Shown: piece after piece, positions 1-9,467 of the stretch
Layout of the letters: every line of letters starts with the position of its first letter
Position numbering within the stretch: position 1 is the first letter of the stretch
NCBI GenBank assembly: GCA_024720975.1
Contig: JANJXX010000002.1
Location: forward strand, 1 to 64,000
DNA from: Thermoproteota archaeon
GTDB taxonomy: Archaea > Asgardarchaeota > Njordarchaeia > Njordarchaeales > Panguiarchaeaceae
Direction: 5' to 3'
Length of the DNA stretch: 64,000 bases
Notes under the pieces: model-generated
The model's database searches: none
What the model saw: only the letters and a program-made list of their open reading frames with translations
What the model was told of the DNA's origin: nothing
Position numbers and translations under genes: made by a program

Positions 1-1064
1 CTGCTGGCATCAGGTAAACCCAACGATAGTGGTTTAATACACAAAACGCTGAATTGCCTTCTGCCAGTTATGCCCCTGATAAATTTGCTAATAGCATCCG
101 GTACTAAGAAATAAATCTCGTTTCTCGTTTGTATTTTTAGCACATCTTCTGCTCTTGCACCAAGTGCTAAAAAATCCTTAAGAGATTGCGAAATGTCTAG
201 GGAATCTATTGAGACTGATCCGTCTAAACCCTTGGATATATCAACGATTTCTGGTATCCACTTGAGCTCTCCTCTAGCTACTAAGTCGTAAGCTAGAGAA
301 TGTATTAGCGGCTTTATGGTACCAGCCTGATCGGCTACTACAACATACCTATGGTTCTTGAGTACATCAACCAAGTAGTTTGCTAATGACGAATCAAATT
401 TCAAAATCCCTGTGAGACGAACCATATCAAGCATCTTTTGTGCTAGAAGCACGTTAAAGATCGATTTAAACATAACACCAAATGCTAAAACAACCACGGG
501 TCCAGATCCAATTTCTATCGTTGATGTATCAATTGTCATTGAAGTCTTTGTTTCTACCGGTTGAGATGATATAACCAAACTTTCCTCAATCAAAGATGGT
601 TCGCAGATAATTATTCCGCTCCTTTTGTTTCTTGCCAAGGTTAACATGGAGTTGGCAAAAGCTTCTAAATCGAATGGTAGTAGTAGCTCTGTACCATGCC
701 TAATTGAGTAACATAGTATATCTCTAACCAACTCCTCACTTCTGGCTAATATAACAAAGATACAGAGTTTGACATCAAGTTTTTTCCCATTTTGCTGTAA
801 AATGGGGACAATATTGTTGAGCAAACCTATAACTCTGGAAACTTCGAATTTTTCAGGCGATAAAACCACTACTGTATTAACAGGATCAGCAGACCACTCA
901 GATATGAAGCCTTCAAGGGACTTTATGTATTTTTTCCTCAATTTCTTAAGCGATATCTGTGAAGCTACTTTCAGGGATATGGGGTCTATCGCAAAGTGTA
1001 TTATGTCTATGTTTGCTTCCAGAGACAGTCTCTCTAGAACATATGGAAGCGAAAGCATCTGCAC
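1..1064 (-). CDS. Partial CDS (runs off window); divergent IorA/2-oxoacid:ferredoxin oxidoreductase alpha-like protein
   Basis: Absent from the ORF track; hand translation gives an open frame from GTG 1064 (GGTGG SD 6 nt upstream): MQMLSLPYVLERL...GSGPVVVLAFGVMFKS...KNHRYVVVADQ, resembling PFOR domain II. Family call weak. Confidence 0.45.
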   Translation of the reverse strand, partial: MQMLSLPYVLERLSLEANIDIIHFAIDPISLKVASQISLKKLRKKYIKSLEGFISEWSADPVNTVVVLSPEKFEVSRVIGLLNNIVPILQQNGKKLDVKLCIFVILARSEELVRDILCYSIRHGTELLLPFDLEAFANSMLTLARNKRSGIIICEPSLIEESLVISSQPVETKTSMTIDTSTIEIGSGPVVVLAFGVMFKSIFNVLLAQKMLDMVRLTGILKFDSSLANYLVDVLKNHRYVVVADQAGTIKPLIHSLAYDLVARGELKWIPEIVDISKGLDGSVSIDSLDISQSLKDFLALGARAEDVLKIQTRNEIYFLVPDAISKFIRGITGRRQFSVLCIKPLSLGLPDAS

Positions 1065-1168
1065 AACTTTCCACCGACTTTTCAGTTATTTCGCCACTTA
1101 AAGTAATCAAAAAGAAGTTATAATAATTGACTAGAAGCGATATTTACCCGAGGGGCTATCCTATAAAA

Positions 1169-2095
1169 CTACCATGCTGTAAGAATCTCTGCTGAGTTAG
1201 TTCCTACGAGAATCGTATGCTCAAATTGCGCCACTAGGCGATTTCGTGCCTCTACTAATGCTGGATATATGTTTACTTTTCCTTCTAGATGGCACGCCAG
1301 CAAGTGCTTGTGAATGGTATCATAAAACTCTCTTTCGGCTCTGGCTTTATCAATCCATCTCAGTGTGAATGGTAGGGTTCGGAAGTTCTGATGCAGCATC
1401 TCTAATACTTTGTCTTTTCCTGGGTTTTTTATGGAGTATATGCCTACCATAGCCATATTAGGTCGCGTGTAAGAATCCATTGGTGATGCAACAAGAAATG
1501 GTTCAATCGCAATGATCATCCCAGCTCTTAGCTTTGGGGTAAATTTTCGAGGAACGTTGGGAATTAAGATACCGCTATGAAGTTTATACTCCTCTAGGGA
1601 ATGTCCCCCTAGATCCACTAGTACTCCAAACCCCTCCTCATGAGCTTCTTTGGAGATGATATTGCCGATTTCCCCGACTCTTATACCATCTTTTGTGAGC
1701 TCTATAGCTTTCTCTAGTGCACGTTGCGTTGCTTTGATTAAGGCCTCCACTTTTCCATTTAGATTGATAGATACTGTTACGGCTGTGTCAGCTATCGCCC
1801 CCGATGTGGGATGCAGGACGCCCAAATCAAGCTTCACAAGGGCTTTTTTTGAGACCTCTGAAAAATCAAAAGGTGTTGCTGTATAATGAGCAACGACCTC
1901 ATTAATGCTTATGTTTACCGGGAAGGCTGGTCTGTAACCAGCCTCTCTGATCAGGTCCTCTATTTTATCACATAATTCTAGGAGCCGAACCCCCGGCTTT
2001 ACTAGTGTCACAGCCTTGCGAAGAATCTCACCAGCGACTCGCCCAACTTCTTTCCAAGCTTCTATGTTTCTCATACTCATTTCCTTTTTAGGCAC
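1169..2095 (-). CDS. map: Methionine aminopeptidase, type II
   Basis: AFPVNISINEVVAHYT, KLDLGV, IADTAVT, GGHS, AIEPF, VAQFEHT metal-binding motifs. Confidence 0.97.
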   Translation of the reverse strand: MPKKEMSMRNIEAWKEVGRVAGEILRKAVTLVKPGVRLLELCDKIEDLIREAGYRPAFPVNISINEVVAHYTATPFDFSEVSKKALVKLDLGVLHPTSGAIADTAVTVSINLNGKVEALIKATQRALEKAIELTKDGIRVGEIGNIISKEAHEEGFGVLVDLGGHSLEEYKLHSGILIPNVPRKFTPKLRAGMIIAIEPFLVASPMDSYTRPNMAMVGIYSIKNPGKDKVLEMLHQNFRTLPFTLRWIDKARAEREFYDTIHKHLLACHLEGKVNIYPALVEARNRLVAQFEHTILVGTNSAEILTAW

Positions 2096-2129
2096 TAAAT
2101 TTAAGTTGTTCCGCTAAGCATAAAAGTGA

Positions 2130-3164
2130 CTATACAATGATCATTTGCTGAATTATTTCATGTCTAAGACCTTTGGCTATAGCCTCTGTGAGTATTCTTA
2201 AGTTCTCGTATTCAAATTCGAAGAGTTTGTATATACCAAAGACATAGGGAAATCCTATGGGATTTTTAGGCAGGGCACGCAGAGCTTCTCTTAGTATTAG
2301 ACGCTCACCAAGAGTTCTTGCAAAAAAGTCCATGCCAATCAGATATTGCTCAATTATTTCGCTGTAGACTTGTGGAACTACCTCCACTACTGAACGTCCC
2401 TCCAGGGCATATAGTTCCTTAAGTTTTTTCACAGCTACCCTGTAAGATTTTTCGATGAGCATTTTGTCTAAGTAGTCCACAGCAAAACCATACTTCATTG
2501 GCCCGAGGGCAATTGATATATTCATTAAGTCTATCTCGGTTCCAATAATTGCCCAGATAATAGCCGCATCCTCACCGGGAATTTCTTTCAATTTTTCTAT
2601 AAGCTTTTTGTAATAGGTGCTCCAGAACGAGAGTTCAATTGCATAGAAACTTTTATATTTTTCCCACAAGTTCATTGCTAATTCTAGTGCTTCGCCGAAG
2701 AGGGCTTTCGGCAGAACCTCTAATAATTCTTTCATATTTCCTGCCTTTAGTAGTTGTTCATAGTTAAGCATAGAAAACTTGTACCTGTAACTCTCTGCGG
2801 GCGCGTGAGGGATGCCTCTTATCGTCTCCGAGAGAATCCTAAGCAAGTTTTTGATATCAAATTTAAGTATGTAAGAACGCATGAACTCGTCGTATGGGCG
2901 CGGTAAACCGGACAATATCATCTGTAGTCTTTCCTCAAACACATCAAGAAATAGTCTTAAAAGTGCGTCCTCGCTTATCTCTTTGCCAAGTTGAGTGAGC
3001 TTTTCACCATAATAGGTAGCATACATATAATTAACAAATTCGTCCAGTGATTTAGCCTTGGCAAGATAGTTACTGATGTATGCAGTATCGATTAGGCGTA
3101 CTCTATTTGCATGGCACCTAGCAGTCAAGTAAGCCAAATCTTGTGCAGGCATCATACTTCTCAT
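2130..3164 (-). CDS. atpC: A/V-type ATP synthase subunit C (V0 d-like)
   Basis: AYLTARCHA, DIKNL, GTEIDLMNI, EFEYENLR motifs; ATGA overlap with atpD. Confidence 0.9.
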   Translation of the reverse strand: MRSMMPAQDLAYLTARCHANRVRLIDTAYISNYLAKAKSLDEFVNYMYATYYGEKLTQLGKEISEDALLRLFLDVFEERLQMILSGLPRPYDEFMRSYILKFDIKNLLRILSETIRGIPHAPAESYRYKFSMLNYEQLLKAGNMKELLEVLPKALFGEALELAMNLWEKYKSFYAIELSFWSTYYKKLIEKLKEIPGEDAAIIWAIIGTEIDLMNISIALGPMKYGFAVDYLDKMLIEKSYRVAVKKLKELYALEGRSVVEVVPQVYSEIIEQYLIGMDFFARTLGERLILREALRALPKNPIGFPYVFGIYKLFEFEYENLRILTEAIAKGLRHEIIQQMIIV

Positions 3165-3754
3165 CCCGAAAAAAGTACTCGGAGAGAAGAGAGTTCAGAA
3201 AGGAGCATCTCAGATAACATCATATTTATGTATTTAATTCTCTCTTCAAGCGATGGAATTGACACCTTCTCGAGGGTATTAACGATTCTATTTGTGATCT
3301 CGATCTCTCGGAGCAAAATTAAAAGCTCCGTTAGACTACTCACGAGTTTGAGTATGTTTGGCAACTCCTCATAGAACTTGCTAGCTATAGCTCTCAAGCC
3401 CTCTGGATACTCTACTGTAGAGGGTATATTAGCAATCCTAAATTCTGGTGCGTAATAACCTCCCTTTGAAATCCATATTACCTCAACTTCAATCCTCTCT
3501 TTAGCGATGGGCTCATATGCCCTTACTGCCTCCTCATACTTTATCAGATTGGCATAGAGAAGCTCCAAAATTTCTAGAATGTTCCTCTTAAGGAAGGATA
3601 TTATATCTACTAGCAGAACAATCGAGCTTTTAAGTGCTTCCCGCAGCGAGTCCCGCTTTTGCTCTAGGATTCTCTTTGCGGAGCGCATCAATCGAAGTTT
3701 CTCTTTAAGTTCAATTAGAGCAAGCTTCGTAGGAGTTACATGCCCTATGCTCAT
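3161..3754 (-). CDS. atpD: A/V-type ATP synthase subunit D
   Basis: PTKLALIELK...ILEQKRD and EIEITNRIVNTLEKVSIP; start moved to ATG 3754. Confidence 0.93.
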   Translation of the reverse strand: MSIGHVTPTKLALIELKEKLRLMRSAKRILEQKRDSLREALKSSIVLLVDIISFLKRNILEILELLYANLIKYEEAVRAYEPIAKERIEVEVIWISKGGYYAPEFRIANIPSTVEYPEGLRAIASKFYEELPNILKLVSSLTELLILLREIEITNRIVNTLEKVSIPSLEERIKYINMMLSEMLLSELSSLRVLFSG

Positions 3755-3755
3755 A

Positions 3756-4022
3756 TTATCCCCATAGCTTAGACCCAAAAATTATTTTTCCCAGTAAGAT
3801 TGGCAAAACAGTTGCTACAAAAATACCAGCTAGAATTACCAAAGCGAGCGCCAATAAATGTACTTCCAAGCGCAATACATTGATATAAGCTCGTATTATT
3901 AACAAGACGGTTATTTGCACGAATATTAAAAGGGAGAAATATACTACTGCCCTCCTTAAATTTTTCCTCCTTAGTTCTTCTTTTGAAATATCTCCCTGGT
4001 TTAACATACACTGACACTTCAT
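3756..4022 (-). CDS. Small two-TM membrane protein within ATP synthase operon
   Basis: 88 aa, two hydrophobic helices; fills the atpI-atpD gap with 1-nt spacers on both sides. Confidence 0.65.
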   Translation of the reverse strand: MKCQCMLNQGDISKEELRRKNLRRAVVYFSLLIFVQITVLLIIRAYINVLRLEVHLLALALVILAGIFVATVLPILLGKIIFGSKLWG

Positions 4023-4023
4023 T

Positions 4024-6024
4024 TTATCCTAACGCGAATGGTTTGAAATATCTTCCTCCTCCTAAGTACCACTTCGTAGAGAATTCATATAAGAGAAGCC
4101 TTAAAGCTTGTAAGCTTACTACAATCGTTTCTAGTATTATTATCAGTAAGTTAAGAAAGGCTAACCCAGCCACATAAGTAAGCGTCCCCATTACCTTAAA
4201 TTTGCTTGCTATGATACTGAATGCCGCATGGCCTATGAGGAAGCCAGCTAATCGAGAGAATGAAAGCGTATTTGATATCATACCAATTGGCATTTCTATG
4301 AGCTTGGATGCATATTCTCCTAGATTTCTCTCAATAATGCCGCTGATGATAAGGAGCCCAACACCACTCAGTATCATGTATACTGGCCAGCTCTTTGACG
4401 GGTCTAGGATGTTTAGCACTTCCATACCGTACTTTTCGAATACTAGCTCTATTCTGACGTTTATTATGGGTACAGTAACTGGAGGCAACAGAGTTATGCC
4501 TAAGAAGTGGAAACCAAGTGAGATCAAACCTATGTACATCAGCATTCCAGGCAGTGCCCATTCACCCAGGATTCCTTCAATGTAGTGACCATGCTTGATG
4601 TTCTTGTACATAAATAAGAGCATTGCTAGGATTATTTCTGCAATCCCAATAAACAGAGCTATTTTGATAACCCATTTGATGCTTGCCATATCTTCTACCC
4701 AGTGTTCCTTCAAGAAGGGCAACAACGGAGGGTATAGTCCAATCAAGAAGCATTCACCGAATAGTATGCCGAATAATGTTGCAGAAAATCCTGCTAGCAT
4801 GAGAATTGCCCCTGCCTTTTTCCCAGAGAACCCCAAGAGCTTTTCTATACCAACTCGAATTTTCTTGACGCCAGCAAACATGGCACCTAATGCAAACAGA
4901 ACCGCTCCCTGCCCTATGTCCGGAAACATGTAACCAAACATGAGAGCCCATAAGATGCTCACTAAAATCCAAGGGAATATATCGCCCTCTCCAGGATAGC
5001 CCATCTGCGCTAGAATCGATGCTAAAGGAGATAATGAACCTCGTATCTTTACGTAGGAAGGCGGAGCTTCACCTTTTAAGGGTTTTTCTCTTCTTATCAG
5101 TATACTAGGACTCAGATTCTTAAGTAGACGCTCAAACTCTTCAAAGTACTCTTCAGGAATCCAGCATAGAGCGACTCCAATATACTCCCCTTTAGCAGTC
5201 ATTGTCTTCGCTGTGAGTATTTTGCGCGATATATTGGCTTTGTACCAAAGTTTCACTAAACTTAGGGCTCGCTCTTGAAAAGATACTTCAAACTCTGCAG
5301 TGAGCTTCTTTATACTGCTCTCTATGTCATAGATAGTGTTCTCTAGGTCCTTTATGTTTCTTGGAATTTCGTCTATATCTAGACTTAATTCGTTGACGCC
5401 AGGAACTTTTAGAACCGCTAGTGCAGCGTTTAGAATATCTCTTGAGGGTGCTGAAACAAATGCAATTACATCACCCGCGAGGCCTACGTTTCTACGTAGA
5501 TCCTTGGGTATTTCCATAGTCTCGAAGTCCAGATTCATCGCTGAAAGATTTTCAAGAACAAAATCTCGCAGTTCAGCATGAAGAGTTACAATGGCTGAAA
5601 ATTCCCTGCTAAGAATTTCCAACACTTTCTGTGAATTTCTGGCTAGGCCATATATTAACCTTAATTTTGATAGCTTTTCTTTTAATTTTTCTACGTGAGT
5701 TGAGATTTCAAAGAATTCCTCTAAGTTCTTTAATTCCTGCTGGATTTCACCCAAGTCATATAATTTTACAGGAACAACACCTGCTACCTTATTGACATGC
5801 TCCTTTATATCGACATTATTTTTTTGAGCTAGTTTTTCTAAGAGCCCTATAAGTAAATGAAAACTATGTAGTTCTGTTGGTACCTCTTTTTTAAAACCTA
5901 CAAATTTGTCCTCCGGGACACTGATAAGCTCCGCCTTACCGAATTTGCCTATCAGCAGTATTATGTCGTCTTCAAGCCTTTTAGGATATATTATTGCGAC
6001 CTTATACATAACTCCTGTCACCAA
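4024..6024 (-). CDS. atpI: A/V-type ATP synthase subunit I (V0 a)
   Basis: MFGYMFPDIGQG, NTLSFSRL (essential Arg), LQALRLLLYEF..KWY.GGG. Confidence 0.96.
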   Translation of the reverse strand: MVTGVMYKVAIIYPKRLEDDIILLIGKFGKAELISVPEDKFVGFKKEVPTELHSFHLLIGLLEKLAQKNNVDIKEHVNKVAGVVPVKLYDLGEIQQELKNLEEFFEISTHVEKLKEKLSKLRLIYGLARNSQKVLEILSREFSAIVTLHAELRDFVLENLSAMNLDFETMEIPKDLRRNVGLAGDVIAFVSAPSRDILNAALAVLKVPGVNELSLDIDEIPRNIKDLENTIYDIESSIKKLTAEFEVSFQERALSLVKLWYKANISRKILTAKTMTAKGEYIGVALCWIPEEYFEEFERLLKNLSPSILIRREKPLKGEAPPSYVKIRGSLSPLASILAQMGYPGEGDIFPWILVSILWALMFGYMFPDIGQGAVLFALGAMFAGVKKIRVGIEKLLGFSGKKAGAILMLAGFSATLFGILFGECFLIGLYPPLLPFLKEHWVEDMASIKWVIKIALFIGIAEIILAMLLFMYKNIKHGHYIEGILGEWALPGMLMYIGLISLGFHFLGITLLPPVTVPIINVRIELVFEKYGMEVLNILDPSKSWPVYMILSGVGLLIISGIIERNLGEYASKLIEMPIGMISNTLSFSRLAGFLIGHAAFSIIASKFKVMGTLTYVAGLAFLNLLIIILETIVVSLQALRLLLYEFSTKWYLGGGRYFKPFALG

Positions 6025-6091
6025 TGCTCGTGAACTATATTAAGACTAAAAAAGGCCGAATAATTACTAATTGTCCCTTAGGTGACGACAT

Positions 6092-6409
6092 ATGCGAACA
6101 CTAGCTGCCATGAGAATAGCATTGGCGCTACTTTCTGTTTGTGTATTAATGCTTATCGCTACCGGTAGTGTCCTCGCACAAGAGCAAGGAACAACGCAGA
6201 GTCAACAAGAGCTGAGAGCTATAGCATCTGCATTAAGCATAGGAATAAGTTGTATAGGAGCAAGCTATGCAGTTGCAAAGACTGGTACAGCTGCTATAGG
6301 CGCCGTTATTGAGCGCCCTGAGGTTTTTGGTAAGGCAATAATTTTCGTCGGTCTTGCTGAAGGTATCGCTATATATGGTTTACTAATAGCGATTCTCCTA
6401 GTTCCGTAG
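6092..6409 (+). CDS. atpK: A/V-type ATP synthase proteolipid subunit K/c with N-terminal presequence
   Basis: ERPEVFGKAIIFVGLAEGIAIYG with ion-binding Glu; hydrophobic leader ending VLA-QE; SD GGTGA 6 nt upstream. Confidence 0.95.
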   Translation: MRTLAAMRIALALLSVCVLMLIATGSVLAQEQGTTQSQQELRAIASALSIGISCIGASYAVAKTGTAAIGAVIERPEVFGKAIIFVGLAEGIAIYGLLIAILLVP

Positions 6410-6725
6410 ATTACTACTAGCAAATTTTCATTTTTTATCAAACAAACGAAACATACCAGAAATGTCTCTGGAAGGAATTAACGCTTGTTTATAGGCAGTA
6501 CTAGAAAACTAGGGCATTTCTCAGGATTATTCCAAGTACAGGCGGCAGATTATGATTTTTCGTTTGCACAAGTCTAACGATATTGAATAGTTAAATGGTG
6601 CTTCTGGTTACAACTCACCATAATATCTACGACAAAAAACACTGGGTTACGTCGACTTTAAGTATAAATAGCTGTTACCTTATTGTGTTGAAGTGCCAGT
6701 TATTAAACAGAACAGAAGTACTAAT

Positions 6726-7373
6726 TCACTCCTCTCTAGTCCGCCTCCACAACCAGACTCCATCGAAGAAGACTCTAATGTCTTTTCTATAGCGTCCCCT
6801 TAATTTACACGCATTCTCTAATGCTGCGCTTGTAAGCGATACAGCTTCTATATCGCAGCCTTTTAGATAAACAAGGTCTGGTATCTCCGATCCAGCCTGG
6901 TACTCGATGTTTATTTCAACGTCTCCATATATTGGTACTTGTATAGTGTCTCTTCTGCCATAAAGCCCCTTTATCAGAATCCTCTTATTCTCCTTGTCTA
7001 CTTCGACCCTAGGCGGGAAGTGTCTGTAGACAACTTTATGTATATAGACATATCTTTGCCGCACGCCTTCTATCATTTTTTTGATCTTTGTTGCGGCTGT
7101 TCCTAGGTATTTAGTCTGTCTTCTCTTTCTGGCTTGACCTGCCACGATTATTCTGTTATTATCCCTGATTATATACACCGGTAGGTGAGTGAAATCTTTC
7201 TCAATTTTTCCTTTCGGACCTTCTACACGAACTATTTTCCCGATGATTTCTACTCTAACGTCCGGTGGTACATCTATTATTCGACAGTCTATACCGTATC
7301 CTCCACGTTTTATTGCTTCAAGAATAATCTTTTCGCTCGCTTCATTGGGTTCAATCATATTGTTCCCCCTCAC
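6726..7373 (-). CDS. rpl6: 50S ribosomal protein uL6
   Basis: VEGPKG, VYRHFP, KDIRVFFDGVW. Confidence 0.95.
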   Translation of the reverse strand: MRGNNMIEPNEASEKIILEAIKRGGYGIDCRIIDVPPDVRVEIIGKIVRVEGPKGKIEKDFTHLPVYIIRDNNRIIVAGQARKRRQTKYLGTAATKIKKMIEGVRQRYVYIHKVVYRHFPPRVEVDKENKRILIKGLYGRRDTIQVPIYGDVEINIEYQAGSEIPDLVYLKGCDIEAVSLTSAALENACKLRGRYRKDIRVFFDGVWLWRRTREE

Positions 7374-7766
7374 TTAGTAAACGTAAGCAATTAATTTGCC
7401 ACCGATTCTTTCCTTAACGCACTCTATGTGCGTCTTTAAGCCTTTAGGCGTTGAGACTATCAATAAACCCATAGTATATGCTGGGAGATATTTTCGTATC
7501 CACCCCTCTAGATCCTGCCAGCCTGTTGAGAATCGAGGCTTAATGGCACCTATTTCATGAATTTTCCCGTTCAGATGAACTATTATGTACTCTTTCTTGT
7601 TCAACGTCATAGATTTGAAATCCTCTATGTAGCCATGCTCCTTTAAAATTAATAAGACAGCCTTTATGAGTTTGTTTGCAGGGAAGATGTAGACTGTTTT
7701 TTTATTCACAATCTCCGCATTTTTTATCGCTGATAATGCATCTGCAAGTGGATCTAGGCGTGTCAT
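7374..7766 (-). CDS. rps8: 30S ribosomal protein uS8
   Basis: DPLADAL, GAIKPRF, IVSTPKG, IGGKLIAYVY. Confidence 0.97.
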   Translation of the reverse strand: MTRLDPLADALSAIKNAEIVNKKTVYIFPANKLIKAVLLILKEHGYIEDFKSMTLNKKEYIIVHLNGKIHEIGAIKPRFSTGWQDLEGWIRKYLPAYTMGLLIVSTPKGLKTHIECVKERIGGKLIAYVY

Positions 7767-7771
7767 TTAAA

Positions 7772-7999
7772 TCAACTCCTATGAACTGATGATTTTTTGA
7801 AGCCAAGTAGACTGTGAACTTCCCTAAAGCATCTTCGACACAAGTTTAGACCATACTTGTGAATTACAGCCTTGGCTGTACCGCATCTGATACATCTTCT
7901 GGCTCTGACTGTTTTTGCATCAAGTAAAGCTTTCCGTATCAGGTTCAGTCTCTTTAACCTTGAGCTCTTTTGGGTAACTGGCTGAATCTGCCTACTCAT
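7772..7999 (-). CDS. rps14: 30S ribosomal protein uS14 (Zn type)
   Basis: RCIRCG...[15 protein letters not shown]...LGFKK. Confidence 0.96.
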   Translation of the reverse strand: MSRQIQPVTQKSSRLKRLNLIRKALLDAKTVRARRCIRCGTAKAVIHKYGLNLCRRCFREVHSLLGFKKSSVHRS

Positions 8000-8087
8000 T
8001 TTTTCAGCCCACAGTAGACTGTCAACTCACTACTATCATCAATAGAGCTTTATAAAATAGTACATTCAAGCAATTAAGTTTTATAGA

Positions 8088-9110
8088 TCATTCAAAAATT
8101 TTGCTCCCAACTTGACGATCAATATTGAAGAGCTCTTTTCTAGTTAACAGTGCAATGTCATGCTCGTGCAAAAGCTCTTTAACTTCCTCATCTGAGCCGC
8201 TAAAAGCTATGAATATCTTTTGATATTCTTTGCCTGCGAGCTTGCTGCTGACAACATTTATGAATTCCTCAATTTTTCTTGATGTGGCTTTACCTATCGT
8301 GGCATATATCGCCGTTTCAATGTTATCAGCTTCACAGATCAGATCTATTCTACCTGATTCTGTAGTGAGGCTATAAATGTTTTTGCAGGGATGGAGAAGT
8401 ACTTTTTTTCCGTTAGAGGCTTCTATTTCTATATTGTCGCTGATTTTTGAAAACATAGTATAGAGCAACCTCACGAATCTGTTTTGGGATATTAAGCCTA
8501 ACCTCCTCACAATCCTCTTGATATTGCGAGAGATTACACGCTTCACTAAAGTGTCAAGTACTGCGTTGAATACTTTATCTCCGCTCTTATTTCTCACAAT
8601 GATGCCGCCAATTACATTTATCTTTTCCCCTAACTCTAGATTTACATCTATGCCTATCTCCTCTCTGATTTTTCGTCTAATGTCATCATTCCTAGACTTT
8701 ATAAATTCAAGATCTCTGGTATTTGCGCTGACTACTATCTCATTTTCGCCTAGTTCTAGGACGGCTTCTCTTACAAGTTTGTATAGAAATCCATAGTAGT
8801 CTACATCCTTGGTACGTTCCTGGATTTTTTCCTCGATTAGCTTCAGGATTTTGCCCTGTAAATTATTGAGGATTTTATCCTTGAGCACAGCTTTTTCTCC
8901 TTTAATTCTGCGTATTTCTGTATCCAAGATTCTACGCCGTTCCATGTCAATAACTTCCCTTGCACGTCTTTCTGCTTCAGCTCTAGCTTTTTCCTCTGCA
9001 GCTTTGATAATACCATCTGCCTCTTTATGGGCTTTTTCTAGAATTTCTCGAGCTTCTTCCTCGACTTTTCCCAGTATGTCGCGTATAAAGAGTTCGAGCT
9101 CGTCACTCAT
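8088..9110 (-). CDS. atpE: A/V-type ATP synthase subunit E fused to C-terminal degenerate PD-(D/E)XK-like domain
   Basis: N-terminal coiled coil, then IVVSANTRD, IGGIIV..GDKVFNAVLD; extra ~130 aa with RIDLI...KIFIAFSG. Confidence 0.88.
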   Translation of the reverse strand: MSDELELFIRDILGKVEEEAREILEKAHKEADGIIKAAEEKARAEAERRAREVIDMERRRILDTEIRRIKGEKAVLKDKILNNLQGKILKLIEEKIQERTKDVDYYGFLYKLVREAVLELGENEIVVSANTRDLEFIKSRNDDIRRKIREEIGIDVNLELGEKINVIGGIIVRNKSGDKVFNAVLDTLVKRVISRNIKRIVRRLGLISQNRFVRLLYTMFSKISDNIEIEASNGKKVLLHPCKNIYSLTTESGRIDLICEADNIETAIYATIGKATSRKIEEFINVVSSKLAGKEYQKIFIAFSGSDEEVKELLHEHDIALLTRKELFNIDRQVGSKIFE

Positions 9111-9412
9111 TTGAAGATCGCCTTAATAAGCATTTCTGCAATTTCATTTAATTCTTCATCTGAGATTGACATTAGACGCTCAAACTCTTCATCAAGTTTC
9201 AGCTCAAGTTTACTAACTTCGCTGGCCAATTCTTGGCGGTACTTTTCTATGAGAGACTCCGTTAACTTTTTAATATAGTCCTCACTTAAGATTTCCTTCT
9301 CCATAGTTCTGGCATTATTTATGATTTTTTGAGCCTCTGCTTTAGCTTTTTCGATTATCTCTCCTGCTTTTTTCTCTGCCATAGCTAGACGCATTGCTAA
9401 TGCTATGCTCAT
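9107..9412 (-). CDS. atpH: A/V-type ATP synthase subunit H/G
   Basis: AEKKAGEIIEKAKAEAQKII coiled coil; ATGA overlap with atpE. Confidence 0.8.
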   Translation of the reverse strand: MSIALAMRLAMAEKKAGEIIEKAKAEAQKIINNARTMEKEILSEDYIKKLTESLIEKYRQELASEVSKLELKLDEEFERLMSISDEELNEIAEMLIKAIFK

Positions 9413-9467
9413 TGTAACCCCCAACGAAGCCTATCTTCAAAATAATTATTAAGAGCATTCAAAAACC

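Noticed and set aside
769-1101. Tracked + strand 110-aa ORF and the many other antisense ORFs inside genes
   Set aside because: Shadow frames of confidently assigned genes on the opposite strand.
1215-1240. GCG reassigned away from Ala
   Set aside because: GCG encodes the conserved Ala in MetAP VAQFEH.
3769-4017. Alternative 82-aa frame in the atpI-atpD gap
   Set aside because: Less protein-like than the two-TM frame, which fits the gap exactly.
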